Notes: a model not told the origin generated them from the sequence alone. A stretch of 64,000 bases of DNA from an uncultured Gemmatimonadaceae bacterium (GCA_963761305.1 CAVXGK010000002.1:704001-768000); one strand, 5' to 3'; positions 1-11,085 are shown, counted from the stretch's first letter. Translations and numbers: made by a program.

Positions 1-712
1 TCAGCCCGAGGACGGCATCGACGCCGTCGGGGGCGAAGTCGAATAGTTCATCGCCGACGTCGGCCCGTTTTCCGTCGATCGCCACGTCAGCGCCGAGTCG
101 TTGGGCGAGGGCGCAGCCGTCCCTGCCGGAAGCGATCGCGAGGACCGCCGCGCCACGTTGTTTCGCGAACTGAACAGCGAAGACGCCCACATTGCCGCTC
201 GCGCCGACTACCACAACACTCTCATCGCGTTTGACCTCGAGGGCGTCGTCGATGCCCTGAAGTGCAGTGAGCGCGACGGCCGGCAACGCACCGGCATGGA
301 GAAGGTCGAGTCGTCTCGGAATCCGCGCGACGTTCTGCTCGGGCACGGCGATGTACTCGGCGTAGAACCCATCTTTCGCGGGGTCGAACAAGACGCCGTA
401 GACCTTGTCGCCGACGCGGATCCGTCGCGCGCGAGCGCCGCGAGCCACGACAGTGCCCGACCCGTCCATGCCCAGGACGAGAGGGAAGCGCACTCCCTCG
501 GGCCACAACGCGCCGGTACGCACCTCAGGATCCCAGGTGCCGACTCCGGCCGTATGCACGGCGACAAGAACGTCGCGAGGGCCGAGGCTCGGAATCGGGA
601 GCTCGTGAGTCTTCAGGACGGACGGAAGCCCGAACCGGTCAATTGCAGCCGCTCGCATCGTCGTTGGAAGCGATCGGCGGGTGGGCCGGGTGCGTTTCTT
701 CCGCGTTCTCAT
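1..712 (-). CDS. NADP-dependent oxidoreductase, medium-chain dehydrogenase/quinone oxidoreductase family (3' end runs off window)
   Basis: Not in the ORF track (no stop in window). Manual translation: MRAAAIDRFGLPSVLK..VHTAGVG..FPLVLGMDGSGTVV..GFYAEY..ALTALQG..VVGASGNVGVFAVQFAK. Alternative start at 658. Confidence 0.88.
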   Translation of the reverse strand, partial: MRTRKKRTRPTRRSLPTTMRAAAIDRFGLPSVLKTHELPIPSLGPRDVLVAVHTAGVGTWDPEVRTGALWPEGVRFPLVLGMDGSGTVVARGARARRIRVGDKVYGVLFDPAKDGFYAEYIAVPEQNVARIPRRLDLLHAGALPAVALTALQGIDDALEVKRDESVVVVGASGNVGVFAVQFAKQRGAAVLAIASGRDGCALAQRLGADVAIDGKRADVGDELFDFAPDGVDAVLGL

Positions 713-853
713 GAAGCCCTGACGTCCGCAACCTTTACGCCGGAGTGACGCGGTCATCGAACAGGAGACGGAACCCCGCGGGTGACATTGGCTGGCGGTG
801 CTATTGTTTCGAGAGCGAGCAGTTCACGACTACCACTGACACGGGCGGCGACC

Positions 854-1357
854 ATGGCGAACGCGACGGAACAAGCGCTCTACTCGACCAAGAACGACCT
901 ACCCGAGAACACGCGGGTCGAGGTCGTTGGACTGTTGAACCAGCGGCTGGCCGACTGTATCAACCTTCAGTTGCAAACCAAACAGGCGCACTGGAACGTG
1001 AAGGGCCCGTCATTCATTGCGCTGCACAAGCTGTTCGACGAGGTGAATGAAGCGGTGGGCGAGTACGCCGACCTGATCGCGGAGCGCATCGTGCAGCTCG
1101 GCGGCATCGCCGAAGGGACGGTGGGCGCCGTGTCGACCCGGACAGGACTTTCGGACTATCCGGTCGCGAAACTCGACGGCGCCGAGCATGTGGCTGCGCT
1201 GTCGGACGGCTTGTCCCAGTTCGGGCGAACGGCCCGCATGGGGATCGAAGAGATGAACGAACTGGAGGACGCCGATAGCGCCGACATTCTCACCGAGATC
1301 TCGCGCGGCATCGACAAATGGCTGTGGTTCGTCGAGGCCCATCAACAGTCGGCATGA
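854..1357 (+). CDS. dps: DNA starvation/stationary phase protection protein Dps
   Basis: KQAHWNVKGPSFIALHKLFDE, DLIAERIVQLGG and DKWLWFVEAH motifs; ATG at 854 chosen over the ORF start at 782. Confidence 0.95.
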   Translation: MANATEQALYSTKNDLPENTRVEVVGLLNQRLADCINLQLQTKQAHWNVKGPSFIALHKLFDEVNEAVGEYADLIAERIVQLGGIAEGTVGAVSTRTGLSDYPVAKLDGAEHVAALSDGLSQFGRTARMGIEEMNELEDADSADILTEISRGIDKWLWFVEAHQQSA

Positions 1358-1447
1358 ATAGCGGTATGGGCGCGGCGTGGGTGATTTGAGAGACGCCGGC
1401 CATCATTCGACCGGCTCGGAAGGAAATTCAGAGCGCCCGTTACCGCG

Positions 1448-2860
1448 CTATGGTTGCCAACCGCCTCCGAGAGCGGCGTACAGTTGCACCAGGGCCAGTA
1501 GCTCGTTCAACCGGCCACGCGCGAGCGTCAGCTCGGCGTTGAAGGCATTGGTTTGGCTGGTCAACACCTCGAGGTAGCTCGCCACGCCGCCACGGTAACG
1601 AATGTCAGAGAGACGCGCCGCGTCTTGCGTGGCGGCCACGAGTTCGGTCAGCTGCCCGCGAAGCTCGCGCGTCTTCTGATAGCCCACGAGCGCGTCGGAC
1701 ACCTCCCGGAATCCTTGCCGCACCGTTTGCTGATAGGTGTAGACGAACTCCAGTTGCTGCGCTTCGGTGAGCCGGACATTGGCCTTGAGACGACCGGCAT
1801 TAAAAATCTGTTGCACGACGCCGCCTGACACGGTCCAGAGCACGGCTGGACCGGAAAACAGCGCGGAGAGCGCGTTGCTCTGGAGTCCGCCCGTCGACGT
1901 CAGCGTGATCGCGGGGAACAGGGCCGCCTTGGCGACGCCGATGCGCGCCGTCGCCGCGATCAACGTCTGTTCTGCCTCACGAATGTCAGGCCGGCGCTCG
2001 AGGAGACTCGACGGCAGACCAGCCGGAACCTCGGGAGGTTCCGGTTGATCGACCAGCGGACGGCCACGTGGAATCGGCCCCGGATTCTGCCCGAGGAGAA
2101 TGCTGATCGCGTTCTCCTGCTGCGTGATCAAGCGCTCGGTGTCGGTGATCACCGAGGCTGCCGTGGCGACGAGCTGTTCGGCCTCGCGCACGTCCACCAT
2201 CGAGACGATGCCGCCCGCCTCTTGCGTACGAGTGAGACGCAGCGATTCCTGGCGCGCGGTGAGTGTGCGTCGCGCGATCTCGAGCTCGAGGTCCAGCTCG
2301 CGCAGCGTGAAGTAGCCCTGCGCGACGAGATCGACCACGCTGACCAACACGGCGCGCGCCGCCCACTCGGTACCGAGCAGGGTTGCCCGTTCCGCGTCCG
2401 TGGCGCTGCGGAACTTGCCCCAAAAATCGATCTCCCACGCCAGCGTCGCATCGAGGTGATAGACGGCTTGGGTCGACGCGGGAAGGGGGAATCCGCCCTG
2501 ACGGCTCGCCGGCGTTCGCTCTCCCGTAGTCGTGGCGTCAGCCACGACGGTGGGGAACTGATCGGCGCGGGTGATGGTGAGCTGGGCGCGCGCCTGGAGG
2601 ATGCGTGCGGCCGCGATGCGAACGTCGTAATTCTCGGTCAACGCTTGGGCGATCAGCCTTTGCAATTCCTCGTCGCCGAACACCTCCCACCACTTTGCCT
2701 CGCCGAGCGACGCGGAACGGACGGAGTCCGCCGACGCTCCGCGAAACGTGGCCGGCGCGTCGATCGGCGGCCTCTCGTAACGTGGCCCCACCGTCCTGCA
2801 CGCGAACGAGAACGCGACGAGCACGCCCAGCGGGAGGACACCGCTACTGCGCGTTGCCAT
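1448..2860 (-). CDS. RND efflux outer membrane lipoprotein (NodT/OprM family)
   Basis: Lipobox-like SFAC, WWEVFGDEEL, WEIDFWGK, PSSLLERRPDI, C-terminal LYAALGGGW. Confidence 0.93.
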   Translation of the reverse strand: MATRSSGVLPLGVLVAFSFACRTVGPRYERPPIDAPATFRGASADSVRSASLGEAKWWEVFGDEELQRLIAQALTENYDVRIAAARILQARAQLTITRADQFPTVVADATTTGERTPASRQGGFPLPASTQAVYHLDATLAWEIDFWGKFRSATDAERATLLGTEWAARAVLVSVVDLVAQGYFTLRELDLELEIARRTLTARQESLRLTRTQEAGGIVSMVDVREAEQLVATAASVITDTERLITQQENAISILLGQNPGPIPRGRPLVDQPEPPEVPAGLPSSLLERRPDIREAEQTLIAATARIGVAKAALFPAITLTSTGGLQSNALSALFSGPAVLWTVSGGVVQQIFNAGRLKANVRLTEAQQLEFVYTYQQTVRQGFREVSDALVGYQKTRELRGQLTELVAATQDAARLSDIRYRGGVASYLEVLTSQTNAFNAELTLARGRLNELLALVQLYAALGGGWQP

Positions 2861-5800
2861 CGCCGGAGCCTTGTACGACGACGGGTTGCTTCGTGGAGCG
2901 TCGCCGCGCGCGCGCGCTGAGGTTCTCCACGAAGACGAACATCGCCGGGATCAGGAAGATCGCCAACAGCGTCGCCGCCAACATGCCGCCGACCACCGTC
3001 GTGCCAAGGATGCGCCGCCCGGCGCTGCCGGCGCCCGACGCGATCGCCAGTGGGATCGAGCCCATGATGAACGCGAACGACGTCATGAGGATCGGCCGAA
3101 ATCGCAAACGCGCGCCGTCGAGGGCCGACTCGTCGATCGAGCGTCCGCTATCGTAGTCCCGCTTCGCGAACTCGACGATCAGGATTGCGTTCTTGGCCGA
3201 CAGGCCGATGAGCATGATCAAACCGATCTGCACGTAGACCGCGTTCTCCATGCCGCGGATCGTGAGGGCGAGGAACGCGCCGAACACGGCGACCGGCAAG
3301 GTGAGCAACACGCTGAAGGGAAGGGACCAGCTCTCGTACTGCGCGGCGAGGATGAGAAAAACGACGAGGAGGGAGAGGCCGAACACCACCATGGGCGAAA
3401 CGCCCTCTTCAGCCAGCTGTTCCTGAAACGACATGCCCAGATACCCATAGCCCATGTCCCGCGGCATCGTTTGGGCGAAGGTTTCTTCGAGCGCGTGCCT
3501 TGCCTGTGCGGAACTGTACCCCGGCGCCGCGCTCGCGATGATCTGAGCGGAGCGGTATCCGTTGTACCGCATCGTGAACTCTGGACCGGTCGAGTCTTGC
3601 ATGCGCGTCACGGCGGACAGCGGTACGCGCTGACCATCGGCGTTCGTTACGTAGAACTGACCGATGTCCTCGGCGCGCCGTCGATATTCACTGTCGGCCT
3701 GGACGTAGACTTGCCACTGCCGCCCGAATCTATTGAAGTAGTTGACGAACGCGCCGCCCATGAACGCCTGCATGGTTCGATAGACGTCGGACAGATTCAC
3801 GCGTTGAGCGAGAACCCGCGCGCGGTCAACGTCAACGTAGACTTGCGGGATGTCGGCCAGGAGTGTGGTGTTGAGGTTCGTCAGCTCGGGACGCCGTCGA
3901 GCCGCCGCCATGAACCGATCGGTATTGGCGGCGAGAAACTTGATGTCTCGGCTCGTGCGATCCTCCAGCACGAACGTGACACCGCCTGACGTGCCGATTC
4001 CCGGTATCGCCGGTGGCGGAAAGGAGAATGCCACGCCTTCGACGAGCGTGGAGAGCTCGCGATTCAGTCGTTGTTGAATCGCGTCAGCCGTCGGCCGGTT
4101 TCCCCAGGGCTTGAGCGTGACGAAGAAGAAGCTGTTGTAGGTTGCCTGCACCTGGCTGAACAGGTTGAATCCCACGACGCTCGTGTAGCCCTGCACTCCG
4201 GGCGTGTGCTTCATGATGTCTTCGATCTTGCGCGCCGCCGCGTCGGAGCGTTGCAACGACGCGGCGTTGGGCAACTGCAGCGCAACGAACGCATAGCCCT
4301 GGTCCTCCTGCGGGAGAAACGTCGAGGGCACGCGACGCGCGACCAGGTACGCGCTCACCGCAACGAGCGCGAGGAATAGCAACATCATCGCCGATCGCTG
4401 GATCAGCAGACCGGAGATCCGGATGTATCCGTTCGTGGTGGCGGTAAAGACCCGGTTGAAGCCTCCGAACAACCGACCGATGAGTCCGCGTCCTTTCTCG
4501 CGAGGGCGCAGCAGCTTGGCGGCCAGAGCGGGGCTCAGTGTGAGCGCGTTGAACGCCGAGAGCACCACCGACAGGGCGATCGTCAACGCGAACTGCTGAA
4601 ACAACCGTCCACTGATTCCGGGAATGAACGCCGTCGGTACGAATACCGACGCCAGAATCAACGCGATGGCGATCACCGGCGTCGAGACCTCGTCCATGGC
4701 TTTCAACGCCGCGTCGTGCGGTGTCATGCCTTCATCGATGTGACGCTGCACCGCTTCCACGACGACGATCGCGTCGTCGACCACGAGCCCGATCGCGAGA
4801 ACGAGGCCGAAGAGCGACAGGGTGTTGATCGAAAAGCCGAGCAGGGGAAAGAACGCGAAGGTGCCGACCAACGAGACCGGCACCGCGGCGAGTGGTATCA
4901 GCGTTGCGCGCACGTCCTGCAGGAAGATGAACACGACAATCGCCACGAGCCCGATGGCGATGAGCAGGGTCGTGATGATCTCGCGGAGTCCTTCTCGCAC
5001 CGCCTGGGTCGTGTCCAACGAGACTTCGTCCGCCACGTCGGCCGGAAAGCGCTGCTTCAACTCTTCCATCTCTTTCCGGACTCCGTCGGCGGTTTGCACC
5101 GCGTTCGAGCCGGGCAACTGGTAAATCGCGATCACGGCCGCCGGACTGCCGTTGTAGCGTGGGGTGAGGGTATATGTCTGCGCCCCCAACTCGATGCGGG
5201 CGACGTCGTGCAGCCGCAGCACGGAGCCGTCGGGATTGGCGCGCACGATGATCTCGCCGAATTCCTCCGGTGTCTCGAGGCGGCCTCGTGCCCGTACCGT
5301 ATAGGTGAACTCCTGGCCCCGCGGGGCCGGCTCACCGCCGATCTGGCCGGCCGGGTTGACCGAGTTCTGTGCGCCGATCGCGTTGACGATCTCGGCGACC
5401 GTCACGCCGAGCCTGGCCAGTTGATCCGGCTTGATCCAGCAACGGAGGGCGTACTCGCCACCGAAAATCTGCACGCGGCCGACGCCGGGTACGCGCGTGA
5501 GCGGATCCATCAGGTTGATGAACGCGTAGTTCGTTAGAAAGACCTCGTCGTACGTGCCCTTCGGCGAATACAGACTGATCAGCATCAGCGGCGAGGAATA
5601 CGACTTCCCCACCGTCACGCCGAACTGGATGACGTCGGTGGGCAGACTGGCGTTGGCCTGCGACGCCCGCGACTGCGCGAGGATCTGATCGGTATTCGGA
5701 TTTGTGCCGACGTCGAAGATGACGTGCAACTGCATCACGCCGTAGTTGGCGTTGACGGAGTACATGTAGCTCATGTTGTCGACGCCGCTCATCTGCTCTT

Positions 5801-5996
5801 CGATCGGCGTCGCGACCGCCTGCTCGATGGTGAGCGCGTCCGCGCCGACGTAGTTGGCTTGCACGACGATTTCCGGCGGTACGATGTCGGGATACTGCGA
5901 CACCGGAAGCTGGAGGATCGACACCGCGCCCATGATCACCATCAGCATGGCGATCACCATGGCCACGATCGGGCGGTTGATGAAGAACTTCGACAT
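2844..5996 (-). CDS. RND efflux permease (HAE1/AcrB family)
   Basis: MSKFFINRPI start, GLVVDDAIVVVE, SAKNAILIVEFA, RFRPILMTS; 1050 aa. Confidence 0.96.
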   Translation of the reverse strand: MSKFFINRPIVAMVIAMLMVIMGAVSILQLPVSQYPDIVPPEIVVQANYVGADALTIEQAVATPIEEQMSGVDNMSYMYSVNANYGVMQLHVIFDVGTNPNTDQILAQSRASQANASLPTDVIQFGVTVGKSYSSPLMLISLYSPKGTYDEVFLTNYAFINLMDPLTRVPGVGRVQIFGGEYALRCWIKPDQLARLGVTVAEIVNAIGAQNSVNPAGQIGGEPAPRGQEFTYTVRARGRLETPEEFGEIIVRANPDGSVLRLHDVARIELGAQTYTLTPRYNGSPAAVIAIYQLPGSNAVQTADGVRKEMEELKQRFPADVADEVSLDTTQAVREGLREIITTLLIAIGLVAIVVFIFLQDVRATLIPLAAVPVSLVGTFAFFPLLGFSINTLSLFGLVLAIGLVVDDAIVVVEAVQRHIDEGMTPHDAALKAMDEVSTPVIAIALILASVFVPTAFIPGISGRLFQQFALTIALSVVLSAFNALTLSPALAAKLLRPREKGRGLIGRLFGGFNRVFTATTNGYIRISGLLIQRSAMMLLFLALVAVSAYLVARRVPSTFLPQEDQGYAFVALQLPNAASLQRSDAAARKIEDIMKHTPGVQGYTSVVGFNLFSQVQATYNSFFFVTLKPWGNRPTADAIQQRLNRELSTLVEGVAFSFPPPAIPGIGTSGGVTFVLEDRTSRDIKFLAANTDRFMAAARRRPELTNLNTTLLADIPQVYVDVDRARVLAQRVNLSDVYRTMQAFMGGAFVNYFNRFGRQWQVYVQADSEYRRRAEDIGQFYVTNADGQRVPLSAVTRMQDSTGPEFTMRYNGYRSAQIIASAAPGYSSAQARHALEETFAQTMPRDMGYGYLGMSFQEQLAEEGVSPMVVFGLSLLVVFLILAAQYESWSLPFSVLLTLPVAVFGAFLALTIRGMENAVYVQIGLIMLIGLSAKNAILIVEFAKRDYDSGRSIDESALDGARLRFRPILMTSFAFIMGSIPLAIASGAGSAGRRILGTTVVGGMLAATLLAIFLIPAMFVFVENLSARARRRSTKQPVVVQGSGDGNAQ

Positions 5997-5999
5997 GAG

Positions 6000-7151
6000 T
6001 CAGTAGCCCGCGGGTCGGCCGAACGGCTTGGCGGCGACCTTGATGCCCGCCTGGGCTTTTTGGGTGCCTTCGACCACGACGACTTCGTTGGGTTGGAGCC
6101 CGCGCGTGATCACCCAGAGTGAATCGATGCGCGGACCGACCGTGACCGGCTGAATGCGCACCGTGCTGTCGGGCTCGAGCACCATGACTTGGTACGTGCC
6201 CTGTAACTCGGTGACCGCGCGCTGGGGAACGAGCAAGGCGTGGCGTTGAACCGACGTCGCGGCGCGAATGCGGGCGAACTGCCCGGGCCGAAGCAGCCGT
6301 GTGGGATTCGGAAACGACGTCGCGATGCGCAGCGTGCCGGTCAGTGAATCGAGTTGCCGGTTGGCGAAGAGAAACGAGCCGCTGTGAGGATATTGTGAAC
6401 CGTCGGCCAGCGTGAGCTCGAATGCCAGGACACGGTCGCCGTCGCCGTCGTTGGCGACAACCTCGCCATGCATCCGGTCGGCGACCTCGAGATACTCTTG
6501 CTCGCTGATGGCGAACCACGCCTTCATCGGCTCGATTTGCGAGACGGTCGTCAGCACGCTGGTCGAAGAGACGAGGTTGCCGATCTGCACCTCGGTGATG
6601 CCGACGAGTCCATCGATCAACGAGCGAACGTGGGTGAAGCCGAGGTTCAGCTCGGCCTGACGAACGGCGCCGCGCGCCGTCTCGACGGCGGCGTCGGCCG
6701 CGTTGTGCAGCTGGACGTCGTTGTCGAGCTGGCTCTGGGGAATGGCCCGCGCTTCGGCGAGCGGGCGATCGCGCGTGACGTCTCGAGCCGTGCGACGCTC
6801 ATCCGCGATGCGCGCCGCCAGATCGCCGGCCGCTTGATCGAGGGCCGCCTGGAACGGGCGGGGATCGATCTCGAACAGCACTTCACCCTTCCGGACAAGC
6901 GAGCCTTCGCGAATTCGTTGCGCGATGAGATAGCCGTCCACGCTGGACCGAATCTGGGCGTTGCGGTAGCCGTCGAGCGTTGCGACCCATTCGCGGTAGA
7001 TGGGCACGTCTCGCTGCTGCACCCGGACCACTTCGACGACGGGCGGAGCCGAAGGCGGCGGTGCCTTTGGCTGCCTGCACGCCAACACGAGCACGATGAA
7101 GCCCGTTCGAACGACGGTTCGGCTGTGAAGCTGATGACGCTCCGATCTCAT
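6000..7151 (-). CDS. RND efflux periplasmic adaptor subunit (MFP)
   Basis: VLAC lipobox, GEVLFEIDPRPFQA, LLRPGQFAR, LLVPQRAV; position in the RND operon; start uncertain (7151 or 7202). Confidence 0.92.
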   Translation of the reverse strand: MRSERHQLHSRTVVRTGFIVLVLACRQPKAPPPSAPPVVEVVRVQQRDVPIYREWVATLDGYRNAQIRSSVDGYLIAQRIREGSLVRKGEVLFEIDPRPFQAALDQAAGDLAARIADERRTARDVTRDRPLAEARAIPQSQLDNDVQLHNAADAAVETARGAVRQAELNLGFTHVRSLIDGLVGITEVQIGNLVSSTSVLTTVSQIEPMKAWFAISEQEYLEVADRMHGEVVANDGDGDRVLAFELTLADGSQYPHSGSFLFANRQLDSLTGTLRIATSFPNPTRLLRPGQFARIRAATSVQRHALLVPQRAVTELQGTYQVMVLEPDSTVRIQPVTVGPRIDSLWVITRGLQPNEVVVVEGTQKAQAGIKVAAKPFGRPAGY

Positions 7152-7292
7152 TGACGACGGTTTTCGTGCAGGGGAGTCGCGACGGCGCGCGAGCGCGTCC
7201 ACCGCGCGTGCAACATGTCGGCCGTCGTACGTTCGGCGGTACGTCTGCGCCGGGCTCGAGGCGCGCGCGAATTATGCAGCGACGCTGGGACC

Positions 7293-9155
7293 ATGCCACG
7301 CGCCAGCAGAGTCGACGGCGATCACCGGATCGAGAACTACGGCGTGATCGGCGACATGCGCTCCATCGCGCTCGTCAGTGTCGAGGGGTCGATCGATTTC
7401 CTTTGCTATCCCGATTTCGACTCGCCGACGGTTTTCGCGGCGCTTCTCGACCGCGAACGCGGTGGCTCATTCGCGCTCAATCCGGAGTGCGACGACATGC
7501 GCGTCAAGCAACTCTATCTGCCCAACACGAACATCCTCCTCACGCGTTTGCTCTCGGAGAATGGCGTCGCCGAAATCACCGACTTCATGCCCGTCGGGAA
7601 CGGACGGGACAGGCAGCAGCGATACGGCAACCACATCATCCGAATGCTGCGCGTGATCAAGGGACAGCTGCGCTTCGCCATGCACTGCGCGCCGCGATTC
7701 GACTACGCCCGATCGAGCCACCGGGCCGAGGTGGCTCCGGGCGCGGTTGTCTTCACGCCGGATTGTTCGACGTGCCCGAGAGTGGCGTTGCACGCCACCT
7801 TTCCCCTGAAGATCGTTGGCGGCGACGCCCATGCGTCGTTCACCTTGAACCCCGGCGAGACGGCGATGATGGCATTCGGGCAAATGACCGCCGACGAGAA
7901 GATGCCCGAAGGCCCGCTCGACCCCGCCGTCGTCGGAGAGGTTTTCCTAGCGACGTCGCGCTTCTGGCGTGATTGGATAGGGCATTCGACGTATCGGGGC
8001 CGTTGGCGCGAAATGGTCGACCGGTCGGCGCTGGTGCTCAAGCTGCTGTCCAGCGCCCAGCACGGTTCGTTGATCGCCGCGGCCACGTTCGGCCTTCCGG
8101 AGAAGATCGGCGGCGCGCGGAACTGGGACTATCGCTACGCCTGGTTGCGTGATTCGGCGTTCAGCATGTACGCGATGATGAGACTTGGTTTTGTCGAGGA
8201 AGCGAATGCCTTCTCTCGGTGGATTCGCAGCCTCGCGCGCCCGGATGCCGAACAGGGGCCGCTCCAGGTGATGTATCGCGCCGACGGCAGCCGGGATCTC
8301 GATGAGATCATGCTGGACTCTCTCTCGGGCTACAGGAACTCGCGCCCCGTTCGCATCGGCAACGCGGCGCACGACCAGCTCCAGCTCGACATCTATGGCG
8401 CGCTGGCGGACGCCGTCTATCTGTCCAGCAAGTACGGTGACGCTATGTCGTACGACGAATGGCGGGACATACAACGCGGCATGGAGTGGTTGCAGGAGAA
8501 CTGGCAGCGGCCGGACGAGGGCATCTGGGAAGTCCGCGGCGGGCGACGGGAGTTCCTCCACTCTCGGCTGATGTGCTGGGTCGCGTTTGACCGGATGATT
8601 CGCCTCGCCGAGAAGCGCTCGCTCGCCGGGCCATCTGACCGCTGGCGCCAGGTTCGCGACGCGATCTCCGACGACATCTTCACGAACTTCTGGAGCGAAG
8701 ACCGCGAGGCCTTCGTGCAGCACAAGGGCGCGGACACGCTCGACGCCGCGGTGCTGCTCATGCCGCTGATGCGGTTCATCAGCCCCGTCGATCCCCGGTG
8801 GCTTTCGACCTTGGATGCCATCGAGCGAAACCTCACCGAGGACGCGCTGGTTTATCGATACGACACCGCGAGCTCGCCGGTCGACGGCCTGAGCGGGTCC
8901 GAGGGCAGCTTTACCGCGTGCTCATTCTGGTTCATAGAGTGTCTGGCGCGTGCACACCAGACGGAAAAGGCGCGCCTGCTCTTCGACAAGATGCTCGGAT
9001 ACGCCAATCATCTCGGTCTGTACTCCGAGCAGCTCGGGTCGAGCGGCGAACACTTGGGGAACTTTCCGCAGGCGTTCACGCATCTGGCGCTGATCAGCGC
9101 CGCGACCTTTCTCGATCGTGCGCTGTCGGAAACCGGGCACACAACGTGGCGTTGA
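7293..9155 (+). CDS. Glycoside hydrolase family 15 (trehalase/glucoamylase-like)
   Basis: IENYGVIGD, RNWDYRYAWLRD, QLDIYG, PDEGIWEVRG, LGNFPQAFTH. Confidence 0.93.
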   Translation: MPRASRVDGDHRIENYGVIGDMRSIALVSVEGSIDFLCYPDFDSPTVFAALLDRERGGSFALNPECDDMRVKQLYLPNTNILLTRLLSENGVAEITDFMPVGNGRDRQQRYGNHIIRMLRVIKGQLRFAMHCAPRFDYARSSHRAEVAPGAVVFTPDCSTCPRVALHATFPLKIVGGDAHASFTLNPGETAMMAFGQMTADEKMPEGPLDPAVVGEVFLATSRFWRDWIGHSTYRGRWREMVDRSALVLKLLSSAQHGSLIAAATFGLPEKIGGARNWDYRYAWLRDSAFSMYAMMRLGFVEEANAFSRWIRSLARPDAEQGPLQVMYRADGSRDLDEIMLDSLSGYRNSRPVRIGNAAHDQLQLDIYGALADAVYLSSKYGDAMSYDEWRDIQRGMEWLQENWQRPDEGIWEVRGGRREFLHSRLMCWVAFDRMIRLAEKRSLAGPSDRWRQVRDAISDDIFTNFWSEDREAFVQHKGADTLDAAVLLMPLMRFISPVDPRWLSTLDAIERNLTEDALVYRYDTASSPVDGLSGSEGSFTACSFWFIECLARAHQTEKARLLFDKMLGYANHLGLYSEQLGSSGEHLGNFPQAFTHLALISAATFLDRALSETGHTTWR

Positions 9156-9246
9156 CCCTGGCTTGTCATGATCACGAGGAGCGCGAGCGCAAGGACCGGC
9201 CTCGCGAAGGGCGCAAGAGTACCCATCGTCGTGAGGTAGCGTTCAG

Positions 9247-10119
9247 GTGAGCGATCGTCTTCGGGGTAAACTGGCCGTCGTCACCGGCGCCGCGCGCGGA
9301 ATTGGCCGAGCGGTGGCCGTGGCGATGGCGCGCGAAGGCGCCGACGTTGCCGGCATTGATATTTGCGCGGTCGTCGATTCGCAGTCTGGAGTGGTGCCGG
9401 CGACCCCGGACGATTTGCGGGAGACGGGTAGGCAAATCGAGGCGAGCGGCAGACGGTGGGTGAGCATCATCTGCGATCAGCGTGACCTCCCGGCGCTGCG
9501 CGATGCCGCCGCGCGCGCGGCACAGGAGCTCGGCGGGATCGACATCCTCTTCGCCAACGCAGGTACGCAGGCCTTTCAGCCGCTGCTCGAGATGGACGAT
9601 GCCCACTGGTGCGTCCACGTCGATGTCAATCTCACGGGGACCGCGAACGCCATTCGCGCTTTCGCACCACACATCATCAAGCGCATTGGTGGAAACGGTG
9701 GAGGACGCATCATTGTGACGACGTCGACCCAGGGCAGGCACGGCACGCTGCACGGCGCGGCCTACTCGGCCTCCAAATGGGGCATCATCGGGCTGATGAA
9801 ATCGGCGGCGCTGGAGCTCGGCCGGTACGGTATCACCGTCAACGCACTGGTGCCGGGACTCATCGACACGCCCCTCACGCGACATGAGTCGCGTTACGCG
9901 CAAGCGCTCGCCGCCACGGGCAAACAACCCTCCGGATCGGCGGCGGACGAGGAGGCCGCGCGGCAGAGCCTCATTGCCTCGTCACCGCTTGGCGTGCCCT
10001 GGATCGACCCCGAGGACATCGCCCCGGTGGTGGTTTTTCTCGCCTCTGACGAGGCGCGCATGGTTTCGGGCGCGACGTACGACGCGACGGCGGGTGACAG
10101 CGCCCACTACACGGCATGA
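9247..10119 (+). CDS. SDR family oxidoreductase (resembles the mycofactocin-coupled/carveol dehydrogenase-like subgroup)
   Basis: TGAARGIG, DICA..ATPDDLRET insertion, ANAG, YSASKWG catalytic YxxxK. Confidence 0.88.
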   Translation: MSDRLRGKLAVVTGAARGIGRAVAVAMAREGADVAGIDICAVVDSQSGVVPATPDDLRETGRQIEASGRRWVSIICDQRDLPALRDAAARAAQELGGIDILFANAGTQAFQPLLEMDDAHWCVHVDVNLTGTANAIRAFAPHIIKRIGGNGGGRIIVTTSTQGRHGTLHGAAYSASKWGIIGLMKSAALELGRYGITVNALVPGLIDTPLTRHESRYAQALAATGKQPSGSAADEEAARQSLIASSPLGVPWIDPEDIAPVVVFLASDEARMVSGATYDATAGDSAHYTA

Positions 10120-10173
10120 GCGCAGCGGAAGGATCCGGGAACACGACGTGGCGTTGATCCCGGTCCAGCACTT

Positions 10174-11085
10174 TCATGCCGCGATCGAATCGCCTTGCTC
10201 CTGAGGGGGTGTGCTTCCCGAGTCGTGCGCCGCCAACTCGCTGATGGCTGACCAGTCCAGATGATCGCCTCCACGCGCCGCCAGCGCGAGAAACCGGTCG
10301 CGGAGCAAGCTGGCGATTGGGAGCGGCACGCATAGCTCCTCAGCCGCCGCGAGAGCGAGGCGGATGTCCTTCCGCGCGAGCAGCGCGGCGAATCCGGCTG
10401 GCTCGAACCTCCGCTCCGCGACGAGCGATCCGTACGTCTTGTACACGGGCGCTCCGAAGAGCGTCGACGTGAGCAGTTCGACATACATCCGCCGGTCGAT
10501 GCCGCCTTTGTCGATGAGCGCCATTGCCTCGCCGAGCGACTCGATCACCGACGCGATCAGAAAATTGCCGCTGAGCTTGACGAGGTTGGCCGCGCTTGGT
10601 GTCTCTGAAACCACGAAGGTCTTCTGTCCGATCGCGTCGAGCAGAGGCCGCGCCGTCGTGATGGCGTCATGGGAGCCCGCTGCAACCACAAACAGCTTTC
10701 CCACCGCGGCGACGTCCGGACGTCCGAATACCGGCGCGGCGATGAAGCGTTGGCCGCCACGGGCGTGCCGCTCCGTCAGGTCCGCCGACAACGCCACGCT
10801 GATCGTGCTCGACGAAATATGGATCCCGTCCTTGGGTAGGTTCGCGAGAATACCATCGTTGCTGGAGACAACCTCGTTCACCGCGTGGTCGTCTGCCAAT
10901 ATCGTAATGACGGCGTCGCCTCGGCACGCATCGCTCACGGTGGCAGCCAAATGCGCTCCCTTCGCAACCAGCGGCGTCGCCTTCTCGCGGGTCCGGTTAT
11001 AGACCGTCACCTCAAAGCCGCTTCGCATTAGGCTGGCGGCAATACCGCTTCCCATGTGGCCCAGTCCGATGACGCCGACTTTCAT
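10174..11085 (-). CDS. NAD(P)-dependent oxidoreductase, 3-hydroxyisobutyrate dehydrogenase family
   Basis: GVIGLGHMG, VYNRT, APVFGRP, VKLSGNF, ARKDIRLA. Confidence 0.9.
   Translation of the reverse strand: MKVGVIGLGHMGSGIAASLMRSGFEVTVYNRTREKATPLVAKGAHLAATVSDACRGDAVITILADDHAVNEVVSSNDGILANLPKDGIHISSSTISVALSADLTERHARGGQRFIAAPVFGRPDVAAVGKLFVVAAGSHDAITTARPLLDAIGQKTFVVSETPSAANLVKLSGNFLIASVIESLGEAMALIDKGGIDRRMYVELLTSTLFGAPVYKTYGSLVAERRFEPAGFAALLARKDIRLALAAAEELCVPLPIASLLRDRFLALAARGGDHLDWSAISELAAHDSGSTPPQEQGDSIAA

Noticed and set aside
101..748. 215-aa plus-strand ORF
   Set aside because: Antisense shadow of the MDR oxidoreductase on the minus strand.
9247..10119. Mycofactocin system
   Set aside because: Only an SDR resembling that subgroup; no mftA-F genes in the window.
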